23,716 nucleotides of DNA from Pseudomonadota bacterium (GTDB taxonomy: Bacteria > Bdellovibrionota_G > JALEGL01 > DATDPG01), in the NCBI GenBank assembly GCA_043804515.1, contig JAZDIZ010000194.1, positions 1-23,716 on the forward strand, given 5' to 3'. The notes below the pieces were generated by a model that made no database searches, was not told the origin of the DNA, and saw only the letters and a list, made by a program, of their open reading frames with translations. Numbering within the stretch: the stretch's first letter is position 1; every line of letters begins with the position of its first letter. Positions 1 through 6,830 of this stretch are shown here, one piece after another. The position numbers and the translations under genes are program-made.

Positions 1-518
1 TTTCCCTTTGCTTTCGAGCTGTTTTCCTGCGGGTTTTCGACGCCCCCCGCCTCCATAATCGGATGAGGTGACTCGTACGATTATGGAGGCGCTATAATAA
101 TCGCGAGGGCGAGCCGGCGAGCCCGAGCTTCGGCGGGGGGAATTGACGGCCGGAGCCGCCTGGGCCCCTGGATCAGGGTAGTCGGCGAGGCCGGGGCTGG
201 AGGCCGAGCGCGGCTAGCGCGAGGACCGGAAGCCAAGTCCCCCACAAGAATCACGTCGAATCTGTCATTCCTTCCGGGCACCCGCTTGGCTGGTGGCCGC
301 GGAGGCCCGGGAGCCGTAGGCGAAATTCGCGGCGCGAATTTCGACCGAAGGCCACAGCACGAATCACGGGCCAGGATGTTTTTCGAACGAGGGAGGCGCG
401 GCCTGTCCCGCCGAAGTCCTTGGGACGAAGGCGGAAGCGCGGCTAGCGCGAGGACCGAAGGGCAATTCCCCCCAGATGAACCACGAATATTCCGATTCAG
501 TCGTGCGTCTCGCAATTC
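1..518 (+). repeat. Composite structured non-coding element, copy A (core + 44-bp hairpin + 3 foldable modules + terminal motif); probably extends left of the window
   Basis: It shares with 4711-5546 the core GCCCCCCGCCTCCA (42-55 / 4753-4766), the hairpin (48-91 / 4759-4802), a 77-nt block (170-246 / 5263-5339, 1 mismatch), an identical 50-nt block (234-283 / 4949-4998), and the terminal CAGATGAA...GTCGTGCGTC. Confidence 0.9.
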
Positions 519-520
519 GG

Positions 521-871
521 TCAATCATACTGACCGCGCACGATTAAGCGCTCAGCGGGATCTATGTATTCGAACGTAATCGCAGAGACCCGCATAAAGA
601 AATCGTCACAGCCAAGTTGAGGCGAACACCGCCTGTCCGAAAAGACAACGCGACCCATATTGGTCCTTTGCGACTTCGCCCTATCCAGGCAGCCTTCGAA
701 CGCATCGACAGTTTCCCTGGCCACCTCTTTCCTCAGGAGTGGAGGGGGAAAGATGAGGCTGGTGGTCTGCTTGCCCGTGACGCCGACGACACATTCACCG
801 GCATGAACTGACGCAACACAGGCGAATGAAATGGCGACCACGAAGATCGAGTTCAGAGAGCTCAGGCGCAT
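521..871 (-). CDS. Small secreted hypothetical protein
   Basis: ATG at 871 is preceded by GGAGG. The N-terminus MRLSSLNSIFVVAISFACVASVHA is signal-peptide-like and there are several Cys. The ORF-track start at 958 is probably too long. Confidence 0.65.
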   Translation of the reverse strand: MRLSSLNSIFVVAISFACVASVHAGECVVGVTGKQTTSLIFPPPLLRKEVARETVDAFEGCLDRAKSQRTNMGRVVFSDRRCSPQLGCDDFFMRVSAITFEYIDPAERLIVRGQYD

Positions 872-1198
872 GGGAACCTCCGGGGGAGATGACGTTCGGC
901 CTGATACCAGCTCATACTGCCGTACGTCAAGCGCAGGAGGAAATCCGGGGACACCCACCCATTTTTCAAACCCGGTTCCATATTGGGCACCTAGGGCATC
1001 GCAGAATTGGGTTCAGGTCGGACACGATCCGATTCTGTAGGGGTTTGGTGTCAGGTTCGAATTTTAGGGAGGCTCATCTGAGGCGGGTTTCAGGTGGGAG
1101 GCGATCGAACTCTTTAGGGAACAAGATGTGGCATCACAGCAGGCACAAAGTAGCCAGGGCCGCGCTTTTCAGGAAATCGGACCTGACCCCAGCCATGA

Positions 1199-1681
1199 CC
1201 CCAGCCACGTGCACTGCAGCGGGGGGCGGCGGACAATTATGTCTACGCAGCACGCTGTAAGAAGGCATGTTTGCTCTATGATTGGATAAACGGACTACCA
1301 ATCAACCAGATTGAGACAAAATATACCAAGAACCCATTCAACGGCGTAGGGCGCGGCGACGTTATTCGGGTCGTGGATGCTACGCGCTACCACTTAGGGT
1401 CTGCCGTAAACATTGCTCTGATAGTCGCTCCAAGTACGGCGCTCCCTGCTGACGTAATTGACGATACTCTCAAACAGTTGCAGGTGGGGCTCCCACGGAG
1501 TTGTCTTGATCTTCTAAACCTGCCGTTCGAGATGGTCCGGGGCGAATATCTTGAATTGAACTCCCTAAGTATTCGGACCGTTGCAGATTTTTGGGCGCGT
1601 TCTGACGATGAGTTAAAGACAATTTTGGGAGAAAATAGGTACGCCCTTTTCAAGGGTTATAGGCCTTCATCGGGTACCTAG
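1199..1681 (+). pseudogene. C-terminal fragment of a Ski2/Hel308-like DEAD/DEAH-box helicase
   Basis: The frame is open from 1199 (PQPRALQRGAADNYVYAARCKKACLLYDWINGLPINQIE...GDVIR...LQVGLP..CLDLLNLP...RG). It resembles the ratchet/helix-loop-helix C-terminus of Ski2-like helicases. There are no ATPase motifs, and an in-frame TGA lies at 1196-1198. Confidence 0.65.
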
Positions 1682-1908
1682 CCCGTTGGGTCCTTCCTAC
1701 GTTCTTTTGAATGCGGGGAAGGTCACGGTTATTCGACCTAGACAGCGATGGCTCATCTCCAGAATAGGATGTCGCACTTTCTCTGATGCCCCTGTATGTA
1801 AAGCAAGTAATTACAACAACTTATTTTGGCATAGAAATTGAATTACCCAGAAGTAATTGCTATGCGATTAACGTTTCAGACCGCTTTGATGAATCATTTG
1901 GAGTGAAT

Positions 1909-2376
1909 ATGCAGAATCGTTTCTTTTGCTTTGGAGTCTTGCTTCTTCTTTCGGCTGCGACACCTGCGAGTTCTGGCGTCTTCGACGAACTTTACGATCA
2001 GAGATCTCCTCAAACTGAATTAGTACGTAAAGCCATCGAAACGTATATGAGCAATCGATTGCCGTATGTCCATACAAGTTGCAACATCGTTGTCGGGAGA
2101 ATTTCCCGGCATTGGGGCGCTTATCTTCAACCCCCTTACCCGAGGGAGTCCCCCGTAGGAATTGCGAGTGTTTATGAAGCGAGGGGCGATATTCGGTGCG
2201 ATACGGGCGATCGCACCCCGTTTAGCCTGTGGTTCGTTCCGGACGATCCCACCTTAAGGAAAATTGACTTTCGTTATGGATTGCTACCCCCAATAGACGA
2301 CGAGAAATTTTCAAGAACTACGTTGATTGGAATCGGATACCTTGACGTCCCGCTTCGGCTTGCTTCAATACCGTGA
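1909..2376 (+). CDS. Secreted hypothetical protein
   Basis: GGAG precedes the ATG at 1909. MQNRFFCFGVLLLLSAATPASS is signal-peptide-like. GC is visibly lower than in the core genes. Confidence 0.65.
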   Translation: MQNRFFCFGVLLLLSAATPASSGVFDELYDQRSPQTELVRKAIETYMSNRLPYVHTSCNIVVGRISRHWGAYLQPPYPRESPVGIASVYEARGDIRCDTGDRTPFSLWFVPDDPTLRKIDFRYGLLPPIDDEKFSRTTLIGIGYLDVPLRLASIP

Positions 2377-2448
2377 AGATTTGCGCCTCCGAAAACCTCT
2401 TCCGCTTCACGTTCCGCTCCCTTTCTGCCCCTTCTGGGGCTTGGGAGC

Positions 2449-2985
2449 CTAACTGTTAATGAGGACATTTTCGGGGGAAAGGTCAAGAAGCTTGCACTGC
2501 ACATTTAAAACGTAATTGTTCTTTCGTTCACTCTTGCCAAAATCCAGTGCCGGGTCTGTACAGCTGAGGAGATTATTGGTCTGGCCATTTGAACGGTCCG
2601 AATACGTATTAATCGTGACCCCCACATATTGGCCGCGTTTTCCCAGTGCGGGCCCAATTTCCTCGGAGGCAAAAGTGGCTACAGCCCCGTTCTCGGCTTT
2701 CACTGAAGCCGTACGGTCCAGTATGATGGTTTGAGGATCTCCGCCGTCCTTCAAATCTGCCTCATGGATCGTGCCCACAACGACGCCCTGCTTCAAGGCC
2801 TTGAGTCGAGCCAACGCTTCGTCATCAAAATTGACGATGACTTTTAGGGTCGGGGTCCTTACCGATCGTGCGCTTGCCAGGGAGGGAAAGAGGATGCCCA
2901 ACGTTAAACATACAAATACAAGTTGGGTTGTGTGTCTTCGGAAAAAGACGACACCAACTCTACTAAATATGTCTTGGTTAGGCAT
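2449..2985 (-). CDS. Secreted/membrane-anchored hypothetical protein
   Basis: 178-aa ORF with a hydrophobic segment (LVFVCLTLGILFPSLASA) and two C-terminal Cys. The exact start is uncertain. Confidence 0.6.
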   Translation of the reverse strand: MPNQDIFSRVGVVFFRRHTTQLVFVCLTLGILFPSLASARSVRTPTLKVIVNFDDEALARLKALKQGVVVGTIHEADLKDGGDPQTIILDRTASVKAENGAVATFASEEIGPALGKRGQYVGVTINTYSDRSNGQTNNLLSCTDPALDFGKSERKNNYVLNVQCKLLDLSPENVLINS

Positions 2986-3073
2986 AAACAGGATTGTACC
3001 TTCGCTTCATTCCCCGCGCCAATGAGGTTTCTTGATGACGTACATTAGGCCTGGCCCGTAGGAAGGAAAAAAG

Positions 3074-3913
3074 TCAGGACGAGGAAGCTCGTAGCAGCCG
3101 GTTCACCTCCCGCACGACATCCGCCAGAGCATCGGGGGCTCCGGTGATTCTCATCTTTCGGAGGTAGGCGGACCAATAACCCTGCAATCGTTTCAATGCA
3201 TCGTTGTCTAGATCCAATGTGGAGATGGGCGGCGTAGCGCGTTTTTGAAAGGTCTTTTCGATGCTGCGTCGTAGAAGGCGCGGCTCCAACGTCTTGGACC
3301 GGGAAAGGTTGTAAAGATCGTAATAGTCCTTCATTCGCGTGTTTTGCCCCCCACGCTTGACGGCGATCTGAAGCTTCTCGGCGAAGATCGTTTCGACCGG
3401 GTAAGCCATAATCGGGAAATCCGGCCCGATCAGCGGTTTTCCACGGTATCGAATCCTTTGGAGGGAGATCTTCTTGGGATCTACAACATCCCCGACCGCA
3501 AGATCCATACGAACCAGTCCCTTGGCGGTTCCCAGCTTGAATGGGCATTTGATGCGTAGGCCGGGATACTCCATCTCCGGGTTCTTGAGCCGCATTCCGG
3601 ACGCGGAGAGCCAGGTGAGGCCGTCGTCGAGGGGGATATCCAGGATCTTTTGGATGACAGCCAGCGATTTCTCGATGTCCTGGTCGAGTTTCGAAACGGA
3701 AAAGTCGAGATCTTTCGTCCGGCGATCGGCCTCGATCAGGTAGGTCAGGAGCGATCCCCCTTTGAACACGAATCGGTCCACAAAGCGGGATGCCGAAAGC
3801 CTTGCGAGGAACTGCTCGGCTCCGTAGCGGTTGAGCAAATCCTGGAAGACGAGCTTCCTCTCCTTGGAGACTGCCAAGAGCTTAGCGCGAATGCTTTCAG
3901 GGTTGGTTGTCAT
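3074..3913 (-). CDS. abiEii: Type IV TA toxin, AbiEii/AbiGii-family nucleotidyltransferase
   Basis: Motifs FVFKGGSLL, RRTKDLDFS, AEKL and TRMKDYYDL. It starts 3 nt after the antitoxin stop. Confidence 0.9.
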   Translation of the reverse strand: MTTNPESIRAKLLAVSKERKLVFQDLLNRYGAEQFLARLSASRFVDRFVFKGGSLLTYLIEADRRTKDLDFSVSKLDQDIEKSLAVIQKILDIPLDDGLTWLSASGMRLKNPEMEYPGLRIKCPFKLGTAKGLVRMDLAVGDVVDPKKISLQRIRYRGKPLIGPDFPIMAYPVETIFAEKLQIAVKRGGQNTRMKDYYDLYNLSRSKTLEPRLLRRSIEKTFQKRATPPISTLDLDNDALKRLQGYWSAYLRKMRITGAPDALADVVREVNRLLRASSS

Positions 3914-3916
3914 CGT

Positions 3917-4507
3917 CTACTCATCGGAAAGGAGAACCACGAGGATGTCATCCAGCGGCTTTCGGAGTTGCCTGGCGTACTTCGTGAGCATGTCGAGGTT
4001 CTTCTCTTTTCGCTTGAGATAGGCCCGGAGCGCCTTGTGGGCAACATCAATCGGCAGATACTTGAACGCATCCACCACGCTCTTTTCCGGGTTATAGATC
4101 CGAACCTCACGTTTCCCGACGTTGTGACGAGTCACCCCCAGCGTGTAGGAGAGGCCCCGTGGATAGATGAGGCGGTATTCCTGGTTGACGACCCGATGGC
4201 TCTGGGGAAAGGCGAGCCAGACCTTCTTTTCCTCTTCATCCGTCAGGTCGTAATAGGCGAGGGCGGATACGCCACAAACGACAGCATCGGGGTAGAGCGT
4301 ACAGGCAGGGGCATACCGCCTGAGGGGATCTGCCAGCCAGTCGGTTTTGGTCGTATAGATCCGTTTGGCCGGGCGATAGAGGACCCCCTCCCGTACCAGA
4401 TGGGAGAGGGTCATCTTGCTTACTCCGAAGGCCTGGGCCTCTCTTAGAGTCGCAAAATCGTTCCGGCTCAGGAATTTGAGCAGGTTATCTCTAGGTGATG
4501 CCTTCAT
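3917..4507 (-). CDS. abiEi: Type IV TA antitoxin, AbiEi-family transcriptional regulator
   Basis: N-terminal winged-helix-like LSHLVREGVLYRPAKRIY, plus SALAYYDLTD and YNPEKSVVD. It lies directly upstream of AbiEii. Confidence 0.88.
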   Translation of the reverse strand: MKASPRDNLLKFLSRNDFATLREAQAFGVSKMTLSHLVREGVLYRPAKRIYTTKTDWLADPLRRYAPACTLYPDAVVCGVSALAYYDLTDEEEKKVWLAFPQSHRVVNQEYRLIYPRGLSYTLGVTRHNVGKREVRIYNPEKSVVDAFKYLPIDVAHKALRAYLKRKEKNLDMLTKYARQLRKPLDDILVVLLSDE

Positions 4508-4508
4508 G

Positions 4509-4556
4509 ACTTTACTATATTAGATAGCTTATAACAATTATCGAATATAGTAAAGT
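4509..4556 (-). promoter_or_regulatory. AbiEi operator/promoter: 18-bp inverted repeat
   Basis: ACTTTACTATATTAGATA (4509-4526) and TATCGAATATAGTAAAGT (4539-4556) match at 17/18 with a 12-bp spacer. A TGnTATAAG extended -10-like motif lies in the spacer on the minus strand, and the repeat abuts the ATG. Confidence 0.8.
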
Positions 4557-4617
4557 ACATAAGAGTGGAGTCTCCTAGAGGCCACACGCCTCCACACCTT
4601 GGGTATTGCCCGTTTCC

Positions 4618-4766
4618 TAGTAACAAAATAGTAACCGCTCGACTGAAACGGGGTGATATCGCGTGAAATCGGGTGATAACCGAGACCGGCTATCCGTTTG
4701 ATGTTGTTGATTTCCTATTTGCTTCCAAACGCTTGCAAAAGGCCTCCTGCAGGCCCCCCGCCTCCA
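4618..4766 (+). mobile_element. Putative integrase attachment-site arm and core (att-like junction)
   Basis: TAGTAAC x2 (4618, 4629), four 10-bp-phased TGAWAHSG units (4644, 4654, 4664, 4674), an IHF-like TTGTTGATTT at ~4704-4713, then the core GCCCCCCGCCTCCA. Confidence 0.55.
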
Positions 4767-5546
4767 AAAACGCATGAGATCGCTCGTACGTTTTTGGAGG
4801 CGATCTAATAAATGCGAACGCGAAACGTTGAGCGTTCGCCTCAGCGAGGGGGAGTTGACCGCCGGACGCGGCCGGGGACCCGCTTGGCGGGTGGCCGCGG
4901 AGGCGGGGCCCGCAGGCAAAATTCGCGGGGCGAATTTTGACCGTAGGGCAAGTCCCCCACAAGAATCACGTCGAATCTGTCATTCCTTCCGGGCACCCCT
5001 TAGGGTCGGCGGCGAGCCCCGGGGCCGGAGGAAAAATTCGCGGGGCGAATTTTTACCGAAGGCCACTACGTCGAATTGGTATTCGTTGAGCGTTCGCCTC
5101 AGCCGGGGGAGTTGACCGCCGGACGCGGCCGGGGACCCGCTTGGCGGGTGGCCGCGGAGGCGGGGCCCGTAGGCAAAATTCGCGGGGCGAATTTTGACCG
5201 TAGGGCAATTCCCCCACAAGAACTACGTCGCATCTGGGATCGTCATTCCGCCTCGGGCACCCGGATCAGGGTAGTCGGCGAGGCCGGGGCTGGAGGCCGA
5301 GCGCGGCTAGCGCGAGGACCGGAAGCCAAATCCCCCACACGATTCACCACGGTTTGTGGTTTTTTCTCTGGGGCCGCCGTTCGGACATTCACTGGATTTC
5401 CGAACCCCCCTGGGTGGGCGGCGAGCCCCGGCCCGGAGACAAAATTCGCGGGGCGAATTTTAGTCGGAGGCAAATCCCCCAGCAGATGAAATGCGAATCC
5501 AGGCAAAATTAGACGAATTTCGATTTCGTCGTGCGTCCCTCGATTC
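4753..5546 (+). repeat. Composite structured non-coding element, copy B (core + 44-bp hairpin + 5 foldable modules + terminal motif)
   Basis: Homologous to 42-518. It has an internal ~140-nt near-perfect direct repeat (4826-4965 / 5084-5222) and AAAATTCGC-GGG-GCGAATTTT hairpins at 4917, 5032, 5174 and 5441. Confidence 0.9.
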
Positions 5547-5565
5547 CCTGTCTGGGCCGTGTTCG

Positions 5566-5871
5566 CTAGGTCACGAGCCGCACCCAGAGAGCCATAAGTG
5601 CCCAAACGCCTATGGTGCCAAGCGTCCACCAAAGGAGGTATCGCCGGAAATCCTTCCATGTTGTCGGCTCCCCACGGGCATCAAGACCGTATCCGGACCA
5701 CATGGTCAGGAACCGCGCTCCGATAATGAGCCCGAAGCTCACGAAGTAGATGATGGCCGAACGTCGGTGATCTTCTCGCGGGTTGACGAGCACGGAAAAC
5801 GCACTCATGGCCATGATGCCCGGCCCGAGAGCCATCCAGAAAATTCGCAGAATCACCATCCACAGTTTCAT
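5566..5871 (-). CDS. Small membrane protein (about 3 TM segments)
   Basis: 101 aa with three hydrophobic stretches. Its start overlaps the LysR stop (ATGA), implying translational coupling. Confidence 0.75.
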   Translation of the reverse strand: MKLWMVILRIFWMALGPGIMAMSAFSVLVNPREDHRRSAIIYFVSFGLIIGARFLTMWSGYGLDARGEPTTWKDFRRYLLWWTLGTIGVWALMALWVRLVT

Positions 5872-6830
5872 ATCGTTCTCTCCGTTTCTGAATAGCCATC
5901 GCGTGATTCGGCACGTGTCCGATTTGCTTTCACACCTGAGGCACGACCGCGGGGAGTCTTTTCAAGCGCAAGGAGCCGTTGTACGGCCTCAGCGTTTTCC
6001 GCGCCGCGCAGGAACAGGACAACGGCGTCCTCACTTCGAATCACCCGGTCCTTGAAACCCCGAACGGGGACCAGCGTGCCTCCCATCCGCTCCACATACG
6101 CATCACTGAAGACCCCGACCCCTTGCCCGGCCTGGCAGAGAAAGAACAGTGTCAGTGGATCCTCGCCTCGAACCGTGGAGGGAGGCGGGATCTCCAAATC
6201 GGAAAGGAGCACGTCCACGGCGGGGTCGTCGTGTGCGACGAGGAGCGGGAACTTGGAGAGAAGTCCCGCGAGGGAGACACCCTTCAAACGCGGTGACGCG
6301 AACAACCGGACAGGGGAGGAGAACAGGAGTTTCGAAACCATGTCGCCCCGGGCGCTTCTCCGATCCGAGAATCCGAAATCAAACCGCGCTTCCAGCAGGC
6401 CCCGTTCGAGAGCTTCGTGCGAGACGGTCGAGAAACGCACCTGCAAGGGCGAGTAACCCTGAAGATATCGGCGCAACAGCGGGAAAGCAGTCGTCCGGAC
6501 GGCCCCCGGGACGATGCCGATAGACACCGGATAACAACCCAGCGGGATCGGTGACACGACGTCCACCAGACGCTGCCCTGTTTCGAACAGGGACCGCACG
6601 GTTTGGAAAAGCCGCGTCCCCTCGGGCGTGAGCTTGAGCCTCCGGTGCTGGCGGAAGAAGAGTGTGATCTTAAGGTCTTCTTCGAGCTGGGAAAGATGCC
6701 CGCTCAACGTGGGGGAACTCAGATCGAGCTTCTGGGCTGCCGCCTTGATGGAACCTTCCCGCGCGATTTCACAGAAGTAATAAAGCTGATTCCAGTTGAT
6801 CTGGTTGCCGCGGATGGGTTTAGATGGCAT
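5868..6830 (-). CDS. LysR-family transcriptional regulator (NhaR-like N-terminus)
   Basis: HTH NWNQLYYFCEIAREGSIKAAAQKLDLSSPTLSGHLSQLEEDL...LFFR...LTPEG. The start is placed at ATG 6830 rather than 7073. Confidence 0.9.
   Translation of the reverse strand: MPSKPIRGNQINWNQLYYFCEIAREGSIKAAAQKLDLSSPTLSGHLSQLEEDLKITLFFRQHRRLKLTPEGTRLFQTVRSLFETGQRLVDVVSPIPLGCYPVSIGIVPGAVRTTAFPLLRRYLQGYSPLQVRFSTVSHEALERGLLEARFDFGFSDRRSARGDMVSKLLFSSPVRLFASPRLKGVSLAGLLSKFPLLVAHDDPAVDVLLSDLEIPPPSTVRGEDPLTLFFLCQAGQGVGVFSDAYVERMGGTLVPVRGFKDRVIRSEDAVVLFLRGAENAEAVQRLLALEKTPRGRASGVKANRTRAESRDGYSETERTI

Noticed and set aside
1..60. Intact tmRNA/tRNA 3' end at the window start
   Set aside because: The T-loop is disrupted (GGGTTTTCGACG), and the preceding bases match the non-tRNA arm at 4711-4730. 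It is treated as a remnant core only.
48..91. Canonical integron attC site
   Set aside because: There are no RYYYAAC / GTTRRRY boxes at the hairpin ends, and no intI is in the window.
81..579. ORFs 81-524, 286-579 and those across 4617-5659 that share peptide blocks
   Set aside because: The shared peptides come from the GC-rich non-coding repeats being read through. The Arg/Pro/Gly-rich composition and lack of an RBS argue against real genes.
4587..4595. Third copy of the core (CGCCTCCAC)
   Set aside because: Only 8 bp match, without the C-run or hairpin, so it is plausibly chance in GC-rich DNA.
4911..4958. c-di-GMP-I riboswitch (GGCAAA-stem-GAC resemblance)
   Set aside because: It lacks the GNRA-capped stem and the GACGCAAA...second stem pattern, and the modules are not upstream of a co-oriented gene. 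An Rfam scan would settle it.
4826..5480. CRISPR array
   Set aside because: The units are ~80-140 nt, mosaic and irregularly spaced. The linkers are themselves repeated rather than unique spacers, and there are no cas genes.
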